Source of the DNA: Archangium sp.
GTDB lineage: Bacteria; Myxococcota; Myxococcia; Myxococcales; Myxococcaceae
Reading direction: 5' to 3'
Assembly (NCBI GenBank): GCA_030681645.1
Contig: JAUXRX010000045.1
Coordinates: 1-63,764 of the forward strand
Length of the DNA: 63,764 bases
In this document: piece after piece, positions 54,545 to 63,610 of the stretch
How positions within the stretch are numbered: position 1 is the first letter of the stretch
Layout of the letters: the number at the start of each line of letters is the position of its first letter
Program-made: the position numbers and the translations under genes
The notes under the pieces: model-generated
What the model saw: only the letters and a program-made list of their open reading frames with translations
Database searches by the model: none
What the model was told of the DNA's origin: nothing

Positions 54545-55471
54545 GTGAAGGGTGTACTGCTGGGCCCCCAACAGCTGAAGGTCAGTCTCGGCGATGCGGT
54601 GAGCGCGCTCGGTCGCGAGGGGCCCATCGCCCTGGTGACCTGCGGCTGGCAGGAGCGCGAAGACAACGACGAAGACCTGCCAGGTCAGCTCGGGCGCAAG
54701 ACCATCAACCTGAAGCTCTACGAGCGCGGTGAGCAGGTGCTCGCCGCCGACAAGTCCTTCGCGCGCGCCCACCGCGCCCGGCAGGACCAGCTGCGGCAGA
54801 TCCAGGAGTTCTACCGGCTGCGCCTCGAGCGCACCTTCGACGCCGCGCTCGACATCGCGCGAAAGTCGGCCGGCACCGACCTCGAAGCCGACGAGCTGCG
54901 CCTCTCGATGGAGCAGATCCGCCGCATCGACCAGGAACACCTCGAGCGCGTCAGCTCCCTGCGCGAAGCGTACGAGCTGCAGCTGCGCCCGATGGAGCGC
55001 CCGGTGATCGCCAAACACCGCGCCGAGCTCAAGAAGATCCTCGACTCGGTCGGCATCCTCGCGATCGCCGGCGGCCACGTGGCGGTGTTGATGAACCGGC
55101 TGCGCATGTTCGGCCTCAAGGACCTGCTCGACGACCAGGCGCTCGTCGCGTGGAGCGGCGGCGCGATGGTCACCGGTGAGCGCGTGGTGCTCTTTCACGA
55201 GAGCCCGCCAGAAGGCTTCGGCATCAGCGAGGTGCTCGAGCAGGGCATCGGGCTGCACGCCGGCGTGCTGCCGCTGCCCAACCCCAGGCTTCGCCTCAAG
55301 CTCGACGAGCCGCTCCGCGTGGGCTGGCTCAGCAAGCGCTACGCGCCGAGCAAGTGCGTCGCGATGGATCAAGGAGACTTCGTGCTGTTCGAAGACAACA
55401 GGTGGTTCGGCGAAGAGGGCACGGTGTTGCTGAAGGAAGACGGCACCGTCGGCACCGGGTGGACGCATTGA
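54545..55471 (+). CDS. peptidase S51 (cyanophycinase / dipeptidase E)-like protein
   Basis: The region ILAIAGGHVAVLMNRLRMFGLKDLL...VAWSGGAMV is S51-like. Confidence 0.6.
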   Translation: MKGVLLGPQQLKVSLGDAVSALGREGPIALVTCGWQEREDNDEDLPGQLGRKTINLKLYERGEQVLAADKSFARAHRARQDQLRQIQEFYRLRLERTFDAALDIARKSAGTDLEADELRLSMEQIRRIDQEHLERVSSLREAYELQLRPMERPVIAKHRAELKKILDSVGILAIAGGHVAVLMNRLRMFGLKDLLDDQALVAWSGGAMVTGERVVLFHESPPEGFGISEVLEQGIGLHAGVLPLPNPRLRLKLDEPLRVGWLSKRYAPSKCVAMDQGDFVLFEDNRWFGEEGTVLLKEDGTVGTGWTH

Positions 55472-55473
55472 GC

Positions 55474-56613
55474 GTGTCCGACCTCGCCATCGACAAGCTG
55501 AAGAAGGGCCCGCACGACGGCCCGGCGCTCGACGCGTTCATGCACAGCCATTCCTTTCCGCTCGTGGAAGGCGGCAAGGTGACCTTCGTCTTCCGCGGCG
55601 CGGTGGAGGCGGTGCACCTGAAGAGCTGGGTGTACGGCCTGCCCAACAGCCAGCCGCTCCATCACCTCGCGAACACCGATCTCTGGCACCTCACCCTCGA
55701 CATCCCTCCGAAGTCGCGCGTCGAATACAAGTTCGAGATCGTCCGCAACGGCAACGGGCAGTGGATCGAGGATCCGCTCAACCCGTACCGCGCCACCGAC
55801 CCGTTCGGCGCGAACTCGGTGGTGCACGGCGAGGGCTACACCGTGCCGGAATGGACGCAGGTCGACCCCGACGCGCGCCCCGGCACGCTCGAGCCGTGGG
55901 TGGTGAAGAGCAAGGCCTTCAACGACACGCGCGGTTTCCTCGTCTATCTCCCCGCGCGCTTCCGCAAGACGCGGCGCTACCCGCTGCTCTTCGTCCACGA
56001 CGGGCCGGACTACGTGCGCTTCGCCAACTTGAAGACGGTGCTCGACAACCTCATCCACCGGCTCGAGATCCCCGACATGGTGGTGGCGCTGACCGGCAGC
56101 CCCAACCGCATCGGGGAGTACGCCGACGACGAGCGGCACGCGCGCTACGTGACCGAAGAGGCCATTCCCGATCTCGAGGCGCGGCTGCCCCTGCTCGGGA
56201 CTCCACGGGGCCGCTGCCTCATGGGCGCGAGCTTCGGGGGCGTGGCGTCACTGTCGACGGCGGTGCGCTACCCGGGGTTCTACGGGCGGCTCTTGCTGCA
56301 GTCGGGCTCGTTCGCGTTCAGCGACATCGGGCACCAGAACAAGCGCGGGCCGGCCTTCGAGCCGGTGGTGCGCTTCATGAACCGCTTCCGCGAGAACCCG
56401 GTGCTGGTGGCCGACAAGGCCTTCATCAGCTGCGGCATGCACGAGTCGTTGATCTACGAGAACCGCTCCCTCATCCCGATGCTCCAGACCACCGAGCTGG
56501 AGCTCAAGTACGTCGAAGCCCGCGACGGTCACAATTGGGAAAACTGGCGAGATCGCCTGCGCGAGGGACTCTCGTGGTTGTTTCCGGGCCCGCTGCGCAT
56601 GGTCTACGAGTAA
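55474..56613 (+). CDS. esterase (enterochelin-esterase-like N-domain + alpha/beta esterase)
   Basis: The C-terminal esterase region shows a GASFGG nucleophile elbow, and a TTG alternative start lies at 55468. Confidence 0.7.
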   Translation: MSDLAIDKLKKGPHDGPALDAFMHSHSFPLVEGGKVTFVFRGAVEAVHLKSWVYGLPNSQPLHHLANTDLWHLTLDIPPKSRVEYKFEIVRNGNGQWIEDPLNPYRATDPFGANSVVHGEGYTVPEWTQVDPDARPGTLEPWVVKSKAFNDTRGFLVYLPARFRKTRRYPLLFVHDGPDYVRFANLKTVLDNLIHRLEIPDMVVALTGSPNRIGEYADDERHARYVTEEAIPDLEARLPLLGTPRGRCLMGASFGGVASLSTAVRYPGFYGRLLLQSGSFAFSDIGHQNKRGPAFEPVVRFMNRFRENPVLVADKAFISCGMHESLIYENRSLIPMLQTTELELKYVEARDGHNWENWRDRLREGLSWLFPGPLRMVYE

Positions 56614-56634
56614 ACTTTCGCGAAGGGAAAAACA

Positions 56635-57876
56635 GTGGCGAACGTCACCAGAAGCATCGGCCTGTCGCTCGGCGCAGACATCTGCTGGCCCATCTGCTTC
56701 GAGCAGATCATGAAGCGCCTGGCGCTTCGGGTTCAGCACCAGGGCGACACCATCGACTTCGCGGTCGAGCGGGTCACCATCGAGCCCTTCGCGCTCACCC
56801 AGCCCATCAAGTACGACGTGGTGATCGACCGGCTCACGCACTGGTACGACACCACGCGCGAGTGGATCAAGAAGGGCGTGTTGATGGACGGGCTCTACGT
56901 CTTCAACAACCCCTGGTCCGTGCAGTCGATGGAGAAGCACACCAGCTACGCCGCGATGACCGCGCTGGGCATGCCCATTCCCGAGACGTGGATGGTGCCT
57001 CCCAAGGCGTACGAGGCGCTGCCTGACCTGAAGCCGACGCTCAAGCAGTACGCCCGGCTCTTCGACCTCGCGGCGATCGGCAAGAAGATCGGCTACCCGC
57101 TCTTCATGAAGCCGTACGACGGCGGCGGGTGGAAGGGCGTCACCCGCATCGCCGACGAGGCCGCGCTCAAGAAGGCGTACGACGACTCCGGCACGCTGGT
57201 GATGCACCTGCAGAAGGCGGTCGAGCCGTACGACCGCTTCGTGCGCACCATCGGCTTCGGGCCGCAGACGCACTCGGTGCTCTACGACCCCGCCGCGCCG
57301 CTGCACGATCGCTACACCCTGAAGAAGGAATCGGAGTTCCTCGACGCCAGGGACCGCAAGGTCCTCGAGGACACGACGCTCACCATCAACGCGTTCTTCG
57401 GGTGGGACTTCAACTCGTGCGAGTCGCTGCGCAAGGACGGCACCTGGTACCCGATCGACTTCGCCAACCCGTGCCCCGACTCGCAGGTCACCTCGCTGCA
57501 CTACCACTTCCCCTGGATGGTGAAGGCGTACCTCAAGTGGGCGATCTTCACCGCGGCCACCAAGCGGCCGATGCGCAAGGCCTTCGACTGGGAGCCGTTC
57601 TACGCGATCGCGAAGGAGCCGCTGCCGTACGACCAGAAGCTGGCGAAGTACGGCGCGCTGTCCCGGAAGATCCTCGAGGCGGACCAGTTCGAGGAGTTCT
57701 GCGCGAAGAACTTGAAGCACCTCGACGAGGTGGCGTGGGAGTTCTTCTCCACCGACGTGGCGAAGGACGCCATTCGCCAGAAGGTGACCGCGCTCTTCCC
57801 CGCGCACGAGGTGGAGAAGTTCACCGAGCTGTTCTTCAAGCGCATTCAGCAGTGGAGGGCTGATCAGAAGGCATGA
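56635..57876 (+). CDS. ATP-grasp-like amidoligase (family unresolved; glutathionylspermidine-synthase/circularly-permuted ATP-grasp-like)
   Basis: The region YPLFMKPYDGGGWKGV...LVMHLQ is ATP-grasp-like. Confidence 0.55.
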   Translation: MANVTRSIGLSLGADICWPICFEQIMKRLALRVQHQGDTIDFAVERVTIEPFALTQPIKYDVVIDRLTHWYDTTREWIKKGVLMDGLYVFNNPWSVQSMEKHTSYAAMTALGMPIPETWMVPPKAYEALPDLKPTLKQYARLFDLAAIGKKIGYPLFMKPYDGGGWKGVTRIADEAALKKAYDDSGTLVMHLQKAVEPYDRFVRTIGFGPQTHSVLYDPAAPLHDRYTLKKESEFLDARDRKVLEDTTLTINAFFGWDFNSCESLRKDGTWYPIDFANPCPDSQVTSLHYHFPWMVKAYLKWAIFTAATKRPMRKAFDWEPFYAIAKEPLPYDQKLAKYGALSRKILEADQFEEFCAKNLKHLDEVAWEFFSTDVAKDAIRQKVTALFPAHEVEKFTELFFKRIQQWRADQKA

Positions 57877-58619
57877 GGGCTTCCGAGAACAAGACGACGG
57901 CGAAGTGGTTCAGCCAGCGCCTCCAACGCGAGGTGAGCATGGCGCGGTGGGGCTCGTTCGGGCAGCCCGTGCTCCTGTTTCCCACGGCCGGGGGCGACTG
58001 CGAGGAGATCGAGCGCTTCCTCATGATCAAGGTGCTCGCGCCGCTGATCGACGCGGGGAAGATCAAGGTCTACTCGTGCGACTCCGTGGCGGGGAAGGCG
58101 ATGGTCACGCAGGAAGGCTCGCCGGGGCATCGCCAGTGGGTGCTCAACCAGTTCCACCAGTACATCCGCCATGAGCTGGTGCCCGCGGTGCGCAAGGACT
58201 GCGGGTCGGACAGCATCGAGCTGTGGTCCGCGGGCGCGTCGATCGGCGCCTTCCACGCGGCGGCGGTGCTGTGCCGCTTCCCCGACGTGTTCAGCAAGGC
58301 CATCTGCATGTCGGGCACCTTCGACATTCGCCGCTTCATGAGCGCGGACCAGTTCGGCGACGACTTCTGGGTCAGTTCGCCCCTGCACTTCGTGCCGACG
58401 CTGTCAGGCCCACATCTGGAGAAGTTGCGCACCCGCTACGTGTTGATCCCCTCGGGCGAAGGCAAGGCCGAGGACATCAGCGAGTCGTGGGCGCTGGCCC
58501 GGGTGCTGGGGAAGGCGGGCATTCCCAATCGCGTCGACAGCTGGGGAAAAGAGACACCTCACGATTGGATGACGTGGCGTGACATGCTTCCGCGGTACCT
58601 GTCGCAGTGGGTCGCCTGA
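57873..58619 (+). CDS. esterase-family alpha/beta hydrolase
   Basis: A GASIGAFHAA nucleophile elbow is present. It overlaps the upstream stop (ATGA). Confidence 0.65.
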   Translation: MRASENKTTAKWFSQRLQREVSMARWGSFGQPVLLFPTAGGDCEEIERFLMIKVLAPLIDAGKIKVYSCDSVAGKAMVTQEGSPGHRQWVLNQFHQYIRHELVPAVRKDCGSDSIELWSAGASIGAFHAAAVLCRFPDVFSKAICMSGTFDIRRFMSADQFGDDFWVSSPLHFVPTLSGPHLEKLRTRYVLIPSGEGKAEDISESWALARVLGKAGIPNRVDSWGKETPHDWMTWRDMLPRYLSQWVA

Positions 58620-58629
58620 CGGGAGGCTG

Positions 58630-60552
58630 ATGAGTACGGAAACGACGCGAGCGCACAAAGAGATCGATGTGGAGCGCGATGCGAAGACGGGCCGCGCCTT
58701 CACGCGCGCGGTGTTGGCTGATCTTCGGGCGATGGAGCGGATGCTCGCCGAAGGGCACTTCGAGAAGGGCGTCAGGCGCATCGGCGCCGAGCAGGAGATG
58801 TTCCTCACGGATCAGGCGTATCTGCCCGCGCCCGGCGCGCTGGCGATGCTCGACAAGCTGAAAGATCCACACTTCACCACCGAGCTCGGCGCGTTCCAGC
58901 TCGAGATGAACGCCGCCCCGCAGGACTTCACCGGCACCGGCTTCTCTGCGCTCGAGCGGCAGATGACGTCGCTGATGGAGAAGGCCTGGAAGGCGGCCGG
59001 CGATCTCGGCTTGCACGCGGTGCTGGTGGGCATTCTTCCGACGATGCGCAAGGCAGACCTGGGCATGGAGAACATGGTGCCCAGCCCGCGCTACCTGGCC
59101 CTTTCAAAGGCCGTGGCGGCGCTGCGCGGTGGCGACTTCGAGTTCTCCATCAAGGGCCTCGACGAGCTGATCATCGCGCACGACTCGGTGATGGTCGAAG
59201 CGTGCAACTCGAGCTTCCAGGTGCACCTGCAGGTCGACGCCGACGACTTCGCGCGCCAGTACAACCTGGCGCAGGTGCTGGCCGGGCCGCTGATGTCGAT
59301 CTCGTGCAACTCGCCGCTGCTGTTCGGCAAGCGGCTCTGGTCCGAGACGCGCATCGCGCTGTTCCAGCAGTCGGTGGATACGCGCAGCAAGACCCAGCAC
59401 CTGCGTGACGCAGCCGCGCGCGTGACGTTCGGCACGCGGTTCGTGGAAAGGTCGATCACCGAGATCTTCCGCGAAGACATCGCGCGCTTCCGCACCCTGG
59501 TGGGCACGGACCTCGATGAGGATCCGATGGCGGTGCTCAACTCCGGCCAGGCGCCGCAGCTGAAGGCGCTGCGCCTGCACAACGGCACCATCTACCGCTG
59601 GAACCGGGCCTGCTACGGCATCATCGACGGCAAGCCGCACCTGCGCATCGAGAACCGGGTGATGCCCGCGGGCCCCAGCGTGCCCGATGAAGTGGCGAAC
59701 GCGGCATTCTGGTGCGGGCTGATGATCGAGTTCTCGCAGCGGTACGAGGACATCACCCGCCACATCGACTTCGATCACGCGGCGGGCAACTTCTACACGG
59801 CGGCGCGTGAGGGCTACGTGGCGCCCATGCACTGGCTCGACGGCGAGGAAGTGTCCGCCCCGCGGCTGGTGCTCGATCGGCTGTTGCCGGCGGCAGAGGC
59901 GGGGTTGCGGCGTCAGCAGGTCGACGAGGCGGACATCAAGCGGTACCTGGGCATCGTCGAGGCGCGCGTGCGCAGCGGCCGCACCGGGTCGCGGTGGCTG
60001 ACGTCGTCACTGCACAAGATGAAGGACCATGGCAGCGCCGGCGAGCGTCAGTGCGCGCTGGTGGCGGCCACGATCGAGCGACAGAAAGCGGGGCGACCGG
60101 TGTCTGAGTGGGAACCAGCGCGGCTGGATGAAGCAGGCTCGCCGAAGCACACGTACCAGCGGGTGGAGCAGTTCATGACCACCGACCTGTTCACGGTGGA
60201 GGCCGACGACGCCGTCGATCTCGTGGCCAACATCATGAGCTGGGAGCGGGTGCGCTACATCCTGGTCGAGGACAAGGACCACAAGCTGGTGGGCCTCATC
60301 TCGTACCGCGCGGTGCTGCGCTTCCTCGCGGGGGGCGGCGCCACCAAGGACGCGGCGGTGTCCGAGGTGATGAAGCCCGACGTGATGCACGTGACGCCCC
60401 AGACCTCGACCCTCGAGGCGATCTCGATCATGCGAGACAAGCGGGTGGGGTGCCTGCCGGTGCTGCTCGACGGGAAGCTCGTCGGGGTGTTGACCGAAGA
60501 GAACTTCCTGAAGATCGCCCGGGACCTGCTCGAAGCGCAGCTGAGGCAGTGA
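58630..60552 (+). CDS. glutamate-cysteine-ligase family 2 (GCS2/YbdK-like carboxylate-amine ligase) fused to tandem CBS domains
   Basis: The GCS2-like core contains RIGAEQEMFL and the C-terminal part holds two CBS domains. A gggagg RBS precedes the ATG. Confidence 0.8.
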   Translation: MSTETTRAHKEIDVERDAKTGRAFTRAVLADLRAMERMLAEGHFEKGVRRIGAEQEMFLTDQAYLPAPGALAMLDKLKDPHFTTELGAFQLEMNAAPQDFTGTGFSALERQMTSLMEKAWKAAGDLGLHAVLVGILPTMRKADLGMENMVPSPRYLALSKAVAALRGGDFEFSIKGLDELIIAHDSVMVEACNSSFQVHLQVDADDFARQYNLAQVLAGPLMSISCNSPLLFGKRLWSETRIALFQQSVDTRSKTQHLRDAAARVTFGTRFVERSITEIFREDIARFRTLVGTDLDEDPMAVLNSGQAPQLKALRLHNGTIYRWNRACYGIIDGKPHLRIENRVMPAGPSVPDEVANAAFWCGLMIEFSQRYEDITRHIDFDHAAGNFYTAAREGYVAPMHWLDGEEVSAPRLVLDRLLPAAEAGLRRQQVDEADIKRYLGIVEARVRSGRTGSRWLTSSLHKMKDHGSAGERQCALVAATIERQKAGRPVSEWEPARLDEAGSPKHTYQRVEQFMTTDLFTVEADDAVDLVANIMSWERVRYILVEDKDHKLVGLISYRAVLRFLAGGGATKDAAVSEVMKPDVMHVTPQTSTLEAISIMRDKRVGCLPVLLDGKLVGVLTEENFLKIARDLLEAQLRQ

Positions 60553-60597
60553 GGCAGGTCAAGGCGGCGGAAGGCGCGATGAGGCCACAGTGACGCC

Positions 60598-61158
60598 GTG
60601 ACCGAGCCTTCCGCGTACGAGGTCAGCGCGACGTACGCGCGAGGCTTCGCGAAGGCTGCGAAGGACCTCGGCCTGCTCCCCGCGCTGAAGCCCCGCTGTT
60701 CTCCCCAGGCGCTCGAGTTCCTGATGGATCCCGACGCGAACCGCTGGTGGCCGTCCGCGGCGGTCGAGGCCTGCACCGAGCTCATCCACGAGATGAGCGG
60801 CGAGGCCACGCTCTTCGAGGTCGGTTACCGGACGGTGGCCGTCACGGTGGGGCCCGTGCTGCTGCCGCTGGTGAAGGTGTCGCTCACCCTGTTCGGGGCC
60901 ACGCCGGCGACCCTGCTCAAGCGCGTCGCCGACCTGTCGAGCTCCTCGCTGCGCGGGATGATCTCGACCTGGAAGCCCGGCGGTCCACGCGATGGAGAGG
61001 TCACGCTCACGTACCCGACCCAGGTGCCCAGGGGCTACGGCGAGCTGTGGCGAGGGGCGCTCCGCTGGGTGTGTGAGGCGGCCGACGCGAAGGACCCCAG
61101 GGCAGAGCTGCTCAGCCACACGGGCAAGGTGCTCACCTTCAAGGTGACCTGGCGCTGA
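60598..61158 (+). CDS. Myxococcales-restricted TIGR02265/DUF2378-like protein
   Basis: It is about 186 aa. The call rests on overall resemblance to that family and is low-specificity. Confidence 0.5.
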   Translation: MTEPSAYEVSATYARGFAKAAKDLGLLPALKPRCSPQALEFLMDPDANRWWPSAAVEACTELIHEMSGEATLFEVGYRTVAVTVGPVLLPLVKVSLTLFGATPATLLKRVADLSSSSLRGMISTWKPGGPRDGEVTLTYPTQVPRGYGELWRGALRWVCEAADAKDPRAELLSHTGKVLTFKVTWR

Positions 61159-61197
61159 GTTGCCGTGGTGACGTGGTTGTCATACGTTATGTATGAC

Positions 61198-61455
61198 ATG
61201 AGTACCCGAATCAACGCCCGCATCGACGACGAGCTGAGCCGTCAGCTGGAAGAGCTGCGCCGACGCTCGGGCCAGACCCTCACTGAGGTCATCGAGGCCG
61301 CGATCCGCGCGTGGACGCAGGAGCAGCTCGGAAAGCGTCCCTCCGCCGCGGAGGTGTTCGCGTCCACCGGCTTCATCGGGTCGGGCGACGGACCGCGAGA
61401 CCTGGCCCGCAATGCGAAGAAGTACCTCTCTGAGTCGCTCAAGAGGAAGGCGTGA
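61198..61455 (+). CDS. ribbon-helix-helix antitoxin (VapB-like)
   Basis: It starts MSTRINARIDDELSRQLEEL, which is RHH-like, and it overlaps the start of the downstream PIN gene. Confidence 0.6.
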   Translation: MSTRINARIDDELSRQLEELRRRSGQTLTEVIEAAIRAWTQEQLGKRPSAAEVFASTGFIGSGDGPRDLARNAKKYLSESLKRKA

Positions 61456-61874
61456 TCATCGCGGACACAGGGTTCTTCGTTGCGCTGGCCAATCGAGGCG
61501 ACAAGGACAACGAGGCCGCGGTGAAGGCCCTCGGGAAGCTGCGGGAGGGGCTGGTGACGACCTGGCCGGTCGTGACCGAGACGACGCACCTGCTTGCTAC
61601 GCGGTCGGGCACGCATGCGCTGCTGGCCTGGGTGGCGAGCGCTCGCGCGGGCGCCTTCAAGATCTTCGAGCTGAACGCAGGGCACTGGCTTCGGCTCGAG
61701 GGGTTCATGAAGCACTACGCCGATTTGCCAATGGACCTTGCCGATGCGTCGCTCGTGTTGCTTGCCGAGGAGCAGAACGACGGGCGGATCTTGTCGACCG
61801 ATCGCCGCGATTTCCGGACGTATCGCTGGAAGAAGCGGAAGCCTTTCAAGAACCTGCTCGATCTCGAAGACTGA
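61452..61874 (+). CDS. vapC: PIN-domain ribonuclease toxin VapC
   Basis: The N-terminus reads IIADTGFFVAL, conserved acidic residues are present (TETT...D.AD), and it is about 140 aa. The GTG overlaps the upstream TGA. Confidence 0.8.
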   Translation: MIIADTGFFVALANRGDKDNEAAVKALGKLREGLVTTWPVVTETTHLLATRSGTHALLAWVASARAGAFKIFELNAGHWLRLEGFMKHYADLPMDLADASLVLLAEEQNDGRILSTDRRDFRTYRWKKRKPFKNLLDLED

Positions 61875-61883
61875 GGCATTCGC

Positions 61884-62228
61884 TCAGGACGATCGGATTG
61901 CGTCTGAGATGTCGACGACCTTGCTCATCCTTCTGAGGTCGAGCTGCTCGCCTTTCGTGCGCGCGTCGTAGGCGAAGCGCAGCGTGGCGTGCTCGACGAC
62001 CCGGCGAACAATGCGATTCGTAATCACGACCTGACGGATGAGCCTCACGGCTCCTTCGCCGCTGGGGACCTCCGTTTGCCCGTAGTCGAAAGAGCATGTG
62101 ATGGCCGGTCCCGGGAGCTCGCGAGGCCAGATGACCAGCGAGATGTAGCCGTCGTTTCCGTTGGCGCGCCACAGGTACTTGACGTCGTTGACGACGATGT
62201 TTCGTGCGCCGACCTTCGACTTCGCCAT
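61884..62228 (-). CDS. hypothetical small protein
   Basis: It is a 114-aa ORF downstream of ATP-grasp paralog B. No domain was recognised. Confidence 0.3.
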   Translation of the reverse strand: MAKSKVGARNIVVNDVKYLWRANGNDGYISLVIWPRELPGPAITCSFDYGQTEVPSGEGAVRLIRQVVITNRIVRRVVEHATLRFAYDARTKGEQLDLRRMSKVVDISDAIRSS

Positions 62229-62249
62229 CGATGCCTCTCTCGGGGTTTG

Positions 62250-62287
62250 CCCTCTCCCCGACCCTCTCCCCCTCGGGGAGAGGGAGA
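62250..62287. repeat. REP-like element CCCTCTCCCCGACCCTCTCCCCCTCGGGGAGAGGGAG
   Basis: Seen directly downstream of the ATP-grasp paralog B stop. Confidence 0.7.
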
Positions 62288-62305
62288 CACTTTCTTTCTT
62301 TGCTC

Positions 62306-63526
62306 TCAGCCTCCCGCGTAGAGCGTGACGTCCGTCGCGGCGGCGAAGGCGATCTTGTAGGCCGTGTCCCAGTTGGGGTGGCGGATCATGAGGTGGCCGT
62401 CGGAGAGCAGCGTCTGCTTCCAGTTGCGCCGCATCGTGCCCGGGCGCAGCAGCTGCTCCTCGACCACGTAGTCTCCGTACTTGTGCAGGTACTCACGCAG
62501 CCCGGTGATGCGCGTGATGCGCCCCTGGCCCAGCGCGCGCTTGAAGATGATGCCCGCGTTGTACTTGCGCTTGGTCGACCCCTCGAACGACTTCCAGCAC
62601 GCCACCCGCGCCCACTCGCGGAAGAGGTCGACGTCGCCCGTGTAGTTCATCTGGTCCACCAGGTGCGCGCCGCCGGGCCGGCAGCCGATCTCACCGAACA
62701 CCGCCTCGCCCTTCTTCGTCATGAACCATTCCATGTGGGTGAAGCCGTCGCCCATGTTGAGCGCCTTGAGCACCTTCCGCCCCAGCGCGATGCCCGGCTT
62801 GATCTTCGGCTGGTCGAGCTCGCGCACCGTGATGATCACCGGGCTCACCCACTCGTTGCTCCGCGCGATCAACGGCGGCGGCAGGTAGGCCGCCACGTTC
62901 TCGTACAGCGGCTTTCCCCCCACCGAGATGGTGTCGTAGGTGAACTCTTCGCCGTCGATGAACTCCTCGCAGCTGCAGACCTCGACGTGCCTCATCATCG
63001 GGATCGCCGACTCGAGCTCGGCCTTCGAGGACACCTTGTAGGTGTCGGCGCTGCCGGCGCCCGAGATGGGCTTCAAGATGAGCGGGTAGCCGATCTTCTC
63101 CGCCGCTTCGCGGATCTCCCGCTCGCTCTTCACCTTGAAGGCGTGCGGCACGCGCAGCCCCGCCGCCTTCACCCGGTCCTTCATCAACATCTTGTCGCGG
63201 AAGCCCGTGACCGTGTCGACCGACATGCCCGGCAGGCCGAAGCGCTCGCGCAGCTTCGCCGCGAGGATCACCAGCGGCTCCCAGTTCGCCAGGATGCGAT
63301 CGATGCGGCGGCCGCGCAGCCAGGCCGACACGCGCTTGATCACGTCTTCTTCGTCCATGATGCGCGGCACCTGGAGGTAGTCCGCGAGGTACGGCTTGAG
63401 CGTCGGAGGGAGGCCGCGCCGGGAGGAGTCACCCACCCCGAAGACGTTGGCGCCCACTTCGGCGAGGCCACGCGTGTATTGCTGCATCTCTGGCGGGTAC
63501 GAGGGCGCGAGGAAGACGACGTTCAT
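62306..63526 (-). CDS. ATP-grasp domain protein (paralog B)
   Basis: ATP-grasp core motifs are present, and it is a 406-aa paralog of the gene at 48174..49397. Confidence 0.7.
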   Translation of the reverse strand: MNVVFLAPSYPPEMQQYTRGLAEVGANVFGVGDSSRRGLPPTLKPYLADYLQVPRIMDEEDVIKRVSAWLRGRRIDRILANWEPLVILAAKLRERFGLPGMSVDTVTGFRDKMLMKDRVKAAGLRVPHAFKVKSEREIREAAEKIGYPLILKPISGAGSADTYKVSSKAELESAIPMMRHVEVCSCEEFIDGEEFTYDTISVGGKPLYENVAAYLPPPLIARSNEWVSPVIITVRELDQPKIKPGIALGRKVLKALNMGDGFTHMEWFMTKKGEAVFGEIGCRPGGAHLVDQMNYTGDVDLFREWARVACWKSFEGSTKRKYNAGIIFKRALGQGRITRITGLREYLHKYGDYVVEEQLLRPGTMRRNWKQTLLSDGHLMIRHPNWDTAYKIAFAAATDVTLYAGG

Positions 63527-63575
63527 GGGGCCGGAGCATAGCTGCCGGGCTTATGGGTCAGCTGCGCAGAATTTG

Positions 63576-63600
63576 CCCCTCACCCCGGCCCTCTCCCCGC
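63576..63600. repeat. REP-like half element CCCCTCACCCCGGCCCTCTCCCCGC
   Basis: Seen directly; it is followed by a tandem repeat rather than the inverted partner. Confidence 0.55.
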
Positions 63601-63610
63601 TGTCTTTCGG

